Source: an uncultured Alphaproteobacteria bacterium
GTDB taxonomy: Bacteria > Electryoneota > RPQS01
Assembly (NCBI GenBank): GCA_964406405.1
Contig: CAYORN010000003.1
Coordinates: 146,689-178,688, forward strand
Direction of reading: 5' to 3'
DNA length: 32,000 bases
In this document: piece by piece, positions 18,177-25,576 of the stretch
How positions within the stretch are numbered: the first letter of the stretch is position 1
Layout: each line of letters opens with the position of its first letter
Notes under the pieces: generated by a model
The model's database searches: none
Seen by the model: only the letters and a program-made list of their open reading frames with translations
What the model was told of the DNA's origin: nothing
Translations under genes and position numbers: made by a program

Positions 18177-18659
18177 CTATCTTCTCCTACTTCAGAATAT
18201 TCACATTGGGTTGGAAGGAATCATGCCACAATATCTACTACGCGTTTCACAGGCCCGCTCTGAAAAACGGGATCGAGAGCACAGCTCTCGGGAAAACAGA
18301 TGCACGGGTGACTTTGCCGCGCTATCTCTAACGCCCTTAAGACCTGCTTCGTCAATACTATCTGTTCGTTGCGACGCTCAACAGGTCGGCTCGCTCACAC
18401 CGCCTAATGAGTACATCCGCGTCATGTCCCACTCCAGGGAGAGCTTGGGTCGACCATGAACTTGTTGGCGATAGATACTCTGGATCATATTCACCGCTGA
18501 AAGCGAATTAGGCAAGAGCAAAGAAGCGCCTGTGGCGCAGGTGCCATCGTTATCTTCACGCGCGTTGCGAGAGGGATTAGGTCGTGGTTTAAGTCCCCAA
18601 TAGCAGTGACTGTTCTTGTATCGGTGCTTTGGGGAACTGCAGCATTTAGAGAAACCTAC

Positions 18660-19755
18660 TCACACGTCATCATCGCTGTGAATTTTGTCGCGAATAATGG
18701 CAATGATTGTCTCGAGGTGTCGACGCAGTTCCTCCAAATCATCTGTGTACCTGAATATGCTTTCTGTCCGGAAGTCGAACGGCACAGGCGGCATTGTTCC
18801 ATCATCGGCAGTCCGTCGGAGAAGAATCACAGGTTTGTTTTCAGCATGAGCCATTCCCAGTTCATACATGACGTTAGGGCGATCGCCTGTGGTGTCGGCA
18901 ATTGCTGAAAAAACAGTGCCGTAATCCATCGCGGATTGCTCCCACGACATTGCCTGTTGGTACAACTCGGTCGGTTCGCACCGGGTGCAGTCCGTGGGCG
19001 GCAAGAGCTGGGACGATCGCGTTGTCATATACCGGATCACTGGCTTCTTGAAACGGCATAATTATGAAGCAACTTCTCGTGAAACCTCGCAACAAGCAGC
19101 TACAGACGCGTTTTGCCAGCGCACGAATTTCTGTGTCGCACAGATCCGCGAGCCGAAGCTGTTCGAAGTCGGTGGCTTCAGTATCGGTGATTTCAAACCA
19201 ACTGCAGATTTCGGATCGAACATCCCTCCACGCTTCAGCCGATGAACCACCGCCAAATGGCAAGGGTAGGATAGGGCGCTCTATCGCAAGTGCGACATCC
19301 AGCACGGACCGTGTGCCATGCTCGCCTTCAACCGAGATCACAACATCCGCGGAATGAACCATGCTGAAGCGGCGTGCCTGGGGGGTACGGTGTGAAAGCA
19401 CTTGGATACGACCTTCGTGAAAGCGAACGAGCTTGCTGAAGTCCTTTTCCCGGTCAGGCAGAACAGTCTCAACGCGTTCCTCGGCGGGTATTCCGCTCGA
19501 ACGCAGACCTTCCAGAACTCCGTCAATGATCGTCCAGTCCGCCGTTGGGTGATTGGGCGAGTCAAGCCTCGCTTTCAAGCCACCAGTAACAACAATGAGA
19601 CCGTCTTCAGCGGCCAAGAGTTTTCCGAGTTCCTTCCAGAGAAGGGCGGCATTCACTGACAGGCGACTGTCACCGCTAACAAACAGACGACGGGGATGGA
19701 TTATGGCCTTTATTATGGCGATGATCTTAGTCTGGTGAATGTCGACATTCGCACG
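18660..19755 (-). pseudogene. Decayed SLOG/LOG-like + nucleoside 2-deoxyribosyltransferase-like (TIR-related) fusion gene
   Basis: Track ORFs 18874..19656 and 18660..19040 are two frames of one gene. Frame A has LIVVTGG...RRFSMVHSADVVISVEGEHGTRSVLDVALAIERPILPLPFGGG (LOG/SLOG) and then CFIIMPFQEASDPVYDNAIVPALAAHGLHPVRTD. Frame B continues with VFSAIADTTGDRPNVMYELGMAHAENKPVILL. Removing one base from the A6 run at 18908-18913 joins the two frames (..GLRHCFSAIADTTG..). The frame is also open upstream to 19755 and encodes RRLFVSGDSRLS, the expected first strand, but that stretch has no ATG, GTG or TTG. Confidence 0.7.
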
Positions 19756-19793
19756 TTACCGCAAGTCACAGTCCGGCATTTGCGGGTGTCGCC

Positions 19794-19821
19794 GTCATCT
19801 TCTCTATGCTGGTGATGAATG
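19794..19821 (-). repeat. Dispersed copy A of the island leader motif (consensus TTCATCACCATCATAGCGAAGATGAC on the minus strand)
   Basis: The minus strand reads cattcatcaccagcatagagaagatgac. It lies about 135-165 nt upstream of the SLOG/NDT-like gene. Confidence 0.7.
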
Positions 19822-19897
19822 TGGGTACGCAAATGCACCACCAGAGTCGCTCTTAGCGATCCAAAGCACACTGTGCCGAGCGTGCCGACTAAACACG

Positions 19898-20899
19898 CTA
19901 CGGCCACGCAAGTCTGTCTAGCCAATGCAGAGAGTCGAGAACATCTTCGATAACTGTACCACTGAGACGTTCGAGAACATCCCGTTCCGGCTTCACGTCG
20001 TCAACCGCGTGTTGTCGTGAGCCTGCAACTATCCTGTTATCCACGGAATCGTACAGGCAGAAACCAAGTTCAGCTTTCGCCAAGACCAATGTGGACGTCC
20101 GCTCCGTCTTCGTTTGCGCTGCACCGAACAGAATTCTCCTTACTTTTAGACGTCTCGCAAGCTGAAGTAAAGATTGAGTATCCGCTTTGGCAGATATCAC
20201 ATCCCCGACTTCGCGTCGCTCCGCTTCAATCGTGGTCGGGATGAAGACTCGGTAGCGCTGGCTTCGCAACGCTACACTCCAACCCAATTCCACCGTTCCT
20301 GTCGGGTCATTAGACAGAACCGCAATTGTCCCCCGATCCATGAGAAACTCCCGATAGTAGATCAAGCCCCCGATACCGAGAATGACAACAACGAACAACA
20401 TCGAAACTGCGTTGATAAGCCATTTTCTGACATGGCGTTTCTTGTCAATCCGCTCATCGATTGAACTACTGGATTGCGCTGCGGGGGAAATGCCCAGCTG
20501 TTCTAAGCCTTGTACAATGCGCGGCAGGACTACATCCATGCCTGCCGGTGGAATCGGCAGTGACGTTGACAGCACGAGAGCTTGTCTCCATTCAGGTCTC
20601 CTTTGCTTTAGCTCCTTATACGTCACACCATGAAGCAATGGAATGAAGGGCTTTCCTTCTTCGTAAGCGCGAACGACTTCCGCCGTCACCTGCTGCGAAA
20701 CCAGAGAATGCTCTGAGACGATGAGCACAACTGCTCGAGATTCGTCTATCGATTTTCCAATCTGTACAAGGTAGACTTCCCCCGGCACGTTGTCGCGCTG
20801 GTAATACCACGTCGTGTAGCCGGTCCCCTCAAGTCCCGAGGCAACAACTTGCGCCAATTTGAGGTCAGGCTCACTGTAACTAATGAAGATGTCACACAT
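19898..20899 (-). CDS. TIR - single TM - C-terminal extracytoplasmic domain protein
   Basis: CDIFISYSEPD...AVVLIVSEHSLVSQQVTAEVVRAYEEGKPFIPLL is a TIR_2-like pattern. WLINAVSMLFVVVILGIGGLIYY is the TM segment. It is followed by a roughly 145-aa domain I cannot assign. The start is 2 nt after the stop of the upstream small ORF. Confidence 0.85.
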   Translation of the reverse strand: MCDIFISYSEPDLKLAQVVASGLEGTGYTTWYYQRDNVPGEVYLVQIGKSIDESRAVVLIVSEHSLVSQQVTAEVVRAYEEGKPFIPLLHGVTYKELKQRRPEWRQALVLSTSLPIPPAGMDVVLPRIVQGLEQLGISPAAQSSSSIDERIDKKRHVRKWLINAVSMLFVVVILGIGGLIYYREFLMDRGTIAVLSNDPTGTVELGWSVALRSQRYRVFIPTTIEAERREVGDVISAKADTQSLLQLARRLKVRRILFGAAQTKTERTSTLVLAKAELGFCLYDSVDNRIVAGSRQHAVDDVKPERDVLERLSGTVIEDVLDSLHWLDRLAWP

Positions 20900-20901
20900 G
20901 A

Positions 20902-21087
20902 TTACTCGATGGCCGTGCTTTCTCGACTGCGAAGGATATGATCTCGTCCGGGCTGTAGATCGTCAGACCTATTGGCACACATTCCACAGTGGTTTGGTGG
21001 ACAGATGACGGTGGGCGTCCGATAGCGACATGCAATCTCTGACACCATAATAATGCGTTGCCGCATCGTCGCCGCGCCTACGGTCAT
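20902..21087 (-). CDS. Possible small Cys-containing protein (about 61 aa); may instead be a non-coding leader
   Basis: This is the lower part of track ORF 20902..21288, whose upper part overlaps the preceding gene. From ATG 21087 it reads MTVGAATMRQRIIMVSEIACRYRTPTVICPPNHCGMCANRSDD... The stop is 2 nt before the TIR-TM start, which suggests coupling. There is no clear RBS, and the start lies inside motif copy B. Confidence 0.3.
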   Translation of the reverse strand: MTVGAATMRQRIIMVSEIACRYRTPTVICPPNHCGMCANRSDDLQPGRDHILRSRESTAIE

Positions 21088-21109
21088 CTTCGCTACGATA
21101 GTGATGAGA
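21083..21109 (-). repeat. Dispersed copy B of the island leader motif
   Basis: The minus strand reads tctcatcactatcgtagcgaagatgac. Similarity to the tandem units extends upstream (gcctacgg). Confidence 0.7.
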
Positions 21110-21175
21110 GTAGACTGCATGCGAATAGTTAACGGAGGCTTCGCATGCTGCGCCCTGCCTGCTTCTGAATGTCGG

Positions 21176-21667
21176 TTACTTGTCCGCAGCAGACGGGTGC
21201 GTAAGTTCGAAAACGCTGAAACAATGGGTAGCGTAGGCGGCCACATCGGCATGCCCCCGCTTGCCAAGAACGTCGCAAATCGTGTCATGCATCACATGCA
21301 GTGGAAAGGGCATCTCCAAGAAGCTGTCGAACCCAGCAAGCCGAACTGTTTCTGGGAGATCTTTCGCCACGAAACCGGAGTACGCGATCATCGCGATGCG
21401 AGAATCACGGTTACGGATTGATGTTCCTATTTCGACGCCGCGCTTCTGTATTCCAAACATGCATGTTGTCAGCAAAACTGGCGGTCCATCTTTAGCATAG
21501 TAATCGAGGGCATCGGCCACCGTGCTTGCAGTCGTTGTTTTGAATCCGTGTGCGTTCAGAAAGTTGACCATCAGGTCGCGGAGAACGCTGTCACAATCAA
21601 CGCACAACGCTCGGTAACGTGGAATCGCAGGATCTCCGTTAAGCGAATGCCGATCATTCAAACCCAC
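21176..21667 (-). CDS. Stand-alone degenerate (pseudo-)receiver domain protein
   Basis: The layout is CheY-like: ALCVDCDSVLRDLMVNFLNAHGF..TVADALDYY..PPVLLTTCMFG...IAMIAYSG...AGFDSFLEMPF. The phospho-acceptor Asp position reads Thr (LLTTC) and the conserved Lys reads Met (LEMPF). GTG start at 21667. Confidence 0.6.
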   Translation of the reverse strand: MGLNDRHSLNGDPAIPRYRALCVDCDSVLRDLMVNFLNAHGFKTTTASTVADALDYYAKDGPPVLLTTCMFGIQKRGVEIGTSIRNRDSRIAMIAYSGFVAKDLPETVRLAGFDSFLEMPFPLHVMHDTICDVLGKRGHADVAAYATHCFSVFELTHPSAADK

Positions 21668-21710
21668 GGGAATGCTTCCCTTTCTGATGAGTGATGCAGG
21701 GTGTCAACGT

Positions 21711-21737
21711 CGCCATGATGGTGATAGCGATAGCGAA
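21711..21737 (-). repeat. Partial copy C of the island leader motif (core ATCACCATCATgGCGA)
   Basis: The minus strand reads cgctatcgctatcaccatcatggcg. It lies between the pspC-like stop and the pseudo-receiver start. Confidence 0.5.
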
Positions 21738-21950
21738 TCACACGGCATCTTCGAGCGGCATGATGAGCCACGCAATCAAATACAGCAGGATTCCTGCTCC
21801 TCCTGCGAAGATCAGGAGAATCCACAGCAGGCGGATGAGAGTCGGATCTGCATTGAAGTAAGCACCAAATCCCGTGCAGACGCCGGCGATCTTTTTGTCC
21901 TTCTGGATTCTCACCAGCCGCTTGGGGGTGTTGCTTTCTGTTTCAGTCAT
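21738..21950 (-). CDS. PspC-domain small membrane protein (70 aa)
   Basis: MTETESNTPKRLVRIQKDKKIAGVCTGFGAYFNADPTLIRLLWILLIFAGGAGILLYLIAWLIMP matches the PspC-domain pattern. AGGAA lies 6-7 nt upstream of ATG 21950. The longer track ORF (to 22052) runs into the tandem repeat. Confidence 0.75.
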   Translation of the reverse strand: MTETESNTPKRLVRIQKDKKIAGVCTGFGAYFNADPTLIRLLWILLIFAGGAGILLYLIAWLIMPLEDAV

Positions 21951-21971
21951 TGGTGATTCCTGGCTTTCGGT

Positions 21972-22152
21972 TTCGCTATGATGGTGATGAACGCGAGCAG
22001 CCGAAGACAGGATCGGCAGTGCCGACGCTTCGCCTCCGGCTATCGCTGTCATCTTCGCTATGATGGTGATGAAGGTGACGGGCCAAAGACAGGATGAGCA
22101 GTGCCGACGCTCGGCCTACGGCTATCGCCGCTATCTTCGCTATGATGGTGAC
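21972..22152 (-). repeat. 82-bp tandem repeat (two full units plus a third motif copy) in the pspC-like leader
   Basis: The motif cgctatgatggtga recurs at 21974, 22056 and 22138 (period 82). The units are about three-quarters identical by eye. Confidence 0.85.
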
Positions 22153-22300
22153 AAGGGTAGAGGCAAAGATCAACGAACATCCTCAAATGTCAATATAGAC
22201 AAATCATTGACAAAATCCTCAATCGCGCTGTTAAGACATAAACTTACGTCGGATTACCGTTCAATACAGAGCAACAACAAAAAAGCCCGTAAGCTATTCA

Positions 22301-22391
<91 letters not shown>

Positions 22392-22409
22392 GCATGCTTG
22401 GGAATCTTG

Positions 22410-22438
22410 AGTTTAGGGATTTTCTCGCACATTGTCAA
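22410..22438 (-). promoter_or_regulatory. Sigma-70-type promoter for tRNA-Lys
   Basis: On the minus strand: TTGACA (22433-22438), a 17-nt spacer, then TAAACT (22410-15). The -10 element ends about 18 nt upstream of the tRNA 5' end. Confidence 0.5.
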
Positions 22439-22459
22439 GCCCGCCCCTGAAAACAGTCA

Positions 22460-22484
22460 GAGGGCCGGCTGCGGACCGGCCCTC
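22460..22484 (-). terminator. Rho-independent-type terminator downstream of the YHS-like gene
   Basis: GAGGGCCGG / CCGGCCCTC forms a 9-bp GC-rich stem with a 7-nt loop. On the minus strand it is followed by TGACTGTTTTC. Confidence 0.6.
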
Positions 22485-22515
22485 TCGAATCAGAGTTGGC
22501 GAATCGGGAGGAGGC

Positions 22516-23064
22516 TTATTGCTTCTGTTCGGTCGGCTCGGCTGGTGCGGCTTTCGCGGCCTGCGCGGCATCCAGCTTGTCGAGGAAACGCTGGGGGTTC
22601 TTGTTGAACGCCTTCACGCAGTTATTGCAGCAGAAGCGCACGAGACGGTTCTGATACACATAGTCCACCGGATCGCCCATGTCGCTGTGCACGAGCGGTT
22701 CGCCGCTCACGACACACGTTTCCATCGGATAATTCGGCTTCGCGGCGGCAATAATTGCTTCGTCGAGCTTCTTCGAGTACTTTGCCTTATCCTTCTCGTA
22801 CTTGCCGATGCACATACCGCAGCAGAACTTCACTTCGCGCCCGTCAATCGTCTTCACGACCGGGTCACCCATCCCGCCCAGCTTCTCACCGCTCACAATA
22901 CACACGTCAAGCGGGTAGGCCGCTGACGAAATGGCAGCTGGAGCTGCTTCAGTCTTGGCTTCATCATTGTCGCCGGCCATCGCGAGCACCGCAAACGCCG
23001 CCACGCTGATCGTCAACATGATCAACCCACGAAAGACATTCTTCATCTTTGGATTCCTTTTCAT
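22516..23064 (-). CDS. Secreted protein with two YHS/TRASH-like Cys-rich domains (putative metal binding)
   Basis: The signal-like N-terminus is MKNVFRGLIMLTISVAAFAVLAMA. The module C.VSGE.L...GDPV......V.FCC..C...(F/Y).K.. occurs twice (CIVSGEKLGGMGDPV..VKFCCGMCIGKY and CVVSGEPLVHSDMGDPV..VRFCCNNCVKAF). ATG 23046 (AGGA upstream) is an alternative start. Confidence 0.8.
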   Translation of the reverse strand: MKRNPKMKNVFRGLIMLTISVAAFAVLAMAGDNDEAKTEAAPAAISSAAYPLDVCIVSGEKLGGMGDPVVKTIDGREVKFCCGMCIGKYEKDKAKYSKKLDEAIIAAAKPNYPMETCVVSGEPLVHSDMGDPVDYVYQNRLVRFCCNNCVKAFNKNPQRFLDKLDAAQAAKAAPAEPTEQKQ

Positions 23065-23316
23065 CTATCTGAACCTGCTTTGAATTCCACACTACTTCCC
23101 GCCGCCTCGAATCGTCGGTCGCGGCGAATTACTTCTCTATAGATAACAAACCTAATGCCAAATTTAACGTAATCTTAAACAGCTTTAAAAACAAGTCGTT
23201 GGGCTAACGTGCGTTGCGTCTCGAAGCGACAATCTGAAAGTCCCTTTACGCCTGTTGAAAAGAATGTTTCATTCTCCTCTGACTGGGATTTTCGATTTTC
23301 AATTTGGGATTTCTGT

Positions 23317-24651
23317 TTAGTGCACCGTCACCGAAATCCCATAATCTTCCATCTTCTTCCGCAGCGTGGGGCGAGTGATGCCGAGCACTTCGCAGGCTTT
23401 GCCGAGGTGACCGCCGACCTCCGCCAGCACCCATTCGATGTGCTCCTTTTCGATGTCGGCGAGTGATTTCAATTCTCGTTTTTCTCCCGTCGCAATCGGC
23501 CGCGTGCTCCAGAAATCGAGCGCAAGCATTTGGCCCGGCGAGCGCAGCACAGCCTGCGTGAGTACGTTTTCCAATTCGCGCACATTCCCCGGCCAATCAT
23601 GCTGCATGAGGCGCACCATCACGTTGTCCGGCACGCGCGTGACATGGCGATGAAGGTCGCGGTTGATTTTTTCCAGCAGATGCTGCACGAGATTCGGAAT
23701 ATCTTCTTTGCGTTCGCGCAACGGCGGCAAGACAATTTCCAGCACCTTCAAACGAAAATAAAGGTCCTCACGAAATTTTGCACGCTGCACCATCTCTTCG
23801 AGCCGCCGGTTCGTGGCGGCCGTGATCCGCGCTTCGAATTTCAGCGTTTGATTCCCGCCCACGCGTTCGAACGTCCGCTCCTGCACCACGCGCAAGAGCT
23901 TCGACTGCAATTCGGGTGACAGGTCCCCAATCTCATCCAGAAAGAGCGTGCCGGTGCCGGCGAGTTCCAACTTGCCGATTTTGCGCTGATGCGCGCCCGT
24001 GAACGCCCCGCGCTCGTGGCCGAATAATTCAGATTCGAGCAGCGTCGGCACAATCGCTGAGCAGTTCACCGCCACGAACGGCTCATCGGGCGTCGAGTTT
24101 TGATGAATCGCGCGCGCCACGAGTTCCTTGCCGGTGCCGCTCTCGCCAAAGATCAGCACGTTCACCCGCGATTTCGCCGCGAGGCCAATCTGCTTGTGCA
24201 CTTCGAGAATCACGCGGCTCTGTCCGGCGATCTTGCCGGGCCGGAACTCTTCGTGTTCGGTCTCCAGCGTCCGCACCTTGCTGCGCGCGCGGATCTGCTG
24301 CCGCGCCCGCTGCAAAACCACGTCGAGTTCGTCAATGTTCAGCGGCTTGTGGATATAGTTGAAAGCGCCGGCTTTCATCGCGCGGATCGCATAGTCCATA
24401 TCCTGATGCCCGGTGACCATGACCACAATTGCTTCGGTTCCCGCGCGCGCGAACTCTTCGAGCAGCGTCGTGCCCTCGCCGTCCGGCAGCTTGAGATCGA
24501 GCACCACGATATCCGGATCACGCTCGCGCCACAGCTCGCGCGCTTTGGCCAGCGTGTCCGCGCTCAGCACCTCGAACCGCTGTTCCGTCAGGTGCAATTC
24601 CAGCGTCCGCCGAATCGCGTCGTCATCATCTACGATTAGTATACGTTCCAT
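23317..24651 (-). CDS. Sigma-54-dependent response regulator (NtrC family): receiver + AAA+ + Fis-type HTH
   Basis: Motifs seen: MERILIVDDDD...DIVVLDLKLPDGEG (receiver), GESGTGKELVARAIH (Walker A), ESELFGHERGAFTGA (GAFTGA), LFLDEIG (Walker B). The C-terminal HLGKACEVLGITRPTLRKKM is the HTH. The start is set at ATG 24651. The track ORF extension to 24891 has no receiver-like sequence. Confidence 0.92.
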   Translation of the reverse strand: MERILIVDDDDAIRRTLELHLTEQRFEVLSADTLAKARELWRERDPDIVVLDLKLPDGEGTTLLEEFARAGTEAIVVMVTGHQDMDYAIRAMKAGAFNYIHKPLNIDELDVVLQRARQQIRARSKVRTLETEHEEFRPGKIAGQSRVILEVHKQIGLAAKSRVNVLIFGESGTGKELVARAIHQNSTPDEPFVAVNCSAIVPTLLESELFGHERGAFTGAHQRKIGKLELAGTGTLFLDEIGDLSPELQSKLLRVVQERTFERVGGNQTLKFEARITAATNRRLEEMVQRAKFREDLYFRLKVLEIVLPPLRERKEDIPNLVQHLLEKINRDLHRHVTRVPDNVMVRLMQHDWPGNVRELENVLTQAVLRSPGQMLALDFWSTRPIATGEKRELKSLADIEKEHIEWVLAEVGGHLGKACEVLGITRPTLRKKMEDYGISVTVH

Positions 24652-24660
24652 GTCCTGTAT

Positions 24661-24710
24661 TTCTCCCCCCACTTCGTGGGGGGAATAAGGGGGGAAATCA
24701 AGAACTCGAC
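24661..24710. repeat. G/C-tract hairpin element, copy 1
   Basis: ttcTCCCCCCACttcGTGGGGGGAataaggggggaaatcaagaactc. It has a 9-bp stem (24664-24672 / 24676-24684) and lies immediately upstream of the ntrC-like start codon on the minus strand. Confidence 0.7.
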
Positions 24711-24927
24711 AGTCAGCCGCTACTTTTGAGACTGTCCGCAATTCCACCTTGCGTAACGTTCGCCGAGGCGGGTTCCACGATAATCGCGGCAAGACGAAAT
24801 CGCATCCGAGAACCCGCCCGAAATCAAACCTCGCCGAGCAGGGTCGAGCTAACGAGAACAAGAGCATTCCGAACACACGACCCTGCCGCAAGAACGAGAT
24901 TCCAAAGTGTGTGCTTCCTTGCCTGAG

Positions 24928-25389
24928 CTAAATTGACCTCTTCAGCATCCCCAACTGCGCCGCGTGATACACGACATGCTGCAACGCGCCGTGCATTTGC
25001 TCGCGATAGGTGTTGCTGCCGCGCGCGAGCGTTTGCTCCAAATCTCTATCTGTCAGCTTGCCGCACGCCGCGCTCAAATCGCGAATGGACTTCAGCAGGA
25101 ACCCGACGTCGCTCTGCCATTCATTCTCATTGCTCCCGGTCCGCGGCCAATCGCCCTCGGCCGGTTCGCGCACATTTTCGCCCTGCAATCGCCGCCGGTC
25201 CACCACCGCCCAGCCGGTGACATGCTTCACGATCTCCCACATCGTGTGCGCCTTCCCCACGCGCCGCGCCGCCTGATTCGCCGTTACTCCATCGAGAATC
25301 TTGGCCACGGAATCGCCATACCACGGTTTCCCGTCGCAGATGCGTTGCAATTGATTGGCGACAAAAACGGATTCAGATTCCATACTCAT
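24928..25389 (-). CDS. DinB-family (DinB_2-like) four-helix-bundle protein
   Basis: WYGDSVAKILDGVTANQAARR....HTMWEIVKHV.....HGALQHVVYHAAQLGMLKR shows the His-containing helices typical of DinB/YfiT-like proteins. Confidence 0.8.
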   Translation of the reverse strand: MSMESESVFVANQLQRICDGKPWYGDSVAKILDGVTANQAARRVGKAHTMWEIVKHVTGWAVVDRRRLQGENVREPAEGDWPRTGSNENEWQSDVGFLLKSIRDLSAACGKLTDRDLEQTLARGSNTYREQMHGALQHVVYHAAQLGMLKRSI

Positions 25390-25441
25390 CTAATTTTCTC
25401 CCCCTACTTCCCCTTAACCTCTCCCTCCACTTTCCTTTCAA

Positions 25442-25492
25442 CTTCTCCCCCTACGAAGTGGGGGGATCAAGGGGGGGAATTAAGAACTCAGC
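25442..25492. repeat. G/C-tract hairpin element, copy 2
   Basis: cttcTCCCCCTACgaaGTGGGGGGAtcaagggggggaattaagaactc. The architecture matches copy 1, but the loop is complementary (gaa vs ttc). It lies about 50 nt upstream of the DinB start. Confidence 0.7.
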
Positions 25493-25576
25493 ACTAAACG
25501 CTTAACTATTTCCACCACCTCACTCCGCGCTCACAATTTCTCCGCCTTGTAGGGGCCGATAGCATCGCCCGCTTGT

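Noticed and set aside
18205-18225. A sigma-54-type promoter (TGGCAT-N5-CTTCC on the minus strand) upstream of the TIR gene
   Set aside because: The -12 element matches only 2 of 4 core bases (CTTC vs TTGC), which is too weak to call.
18019-18459. Plus-strand ORF 18019..18459, and a 45-aa minus-strand ORF at about 18400-18535, in the 483-nt gap between the SLOG/NDT-like gene and the TIR gene
   Set aside because: There are no RBS or domain signals, and the plus-strand ORF overlaps the TIR gene start. The gap more likely holds terminator-like hairpins (CGAGAGC-ACA-GCTCTCG at about 18274-18290; GCGCC-TGT-GGCGC at about 18526-18538) and the TIR promoter.
21972-22152. A CRISPR array
   Set aside because: The units are contiguous 82-bp tandem repeats with no unique spacers, there are only 2-3 copies, and no cas genes are present in the window.
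21951-22173. The His-rich ORF 21976..22173 and the N-terminal extension of the pspC-like ORF (HHHHSE peptides), and a his-type attenuator idea
   Set aside because: The underlying repeat has an 82-nt period, so consecutive copies are read in different frames and one frame ends in TAG in every unit. The downstream gene is unrelated to histidine biosynthesis.
23209-23653. ORFs 23209..23466 (+), 23246..23596 (-) and 23438..23653 (+)
   Set aside because: They overlap the 3' end of the well-supported ntrC-like gene in other frames or on the other strand. They have no independent support.
24652-24891. The 80-aa N-terminal extension of the ntrC-like ORF
   Set aside because: The receiver domain begins at MERILIVDDDD (ATG 24651), which has a purine-rich RBS region. 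The extension covers the repeat/hairpin element and has no receiver-like sequence.
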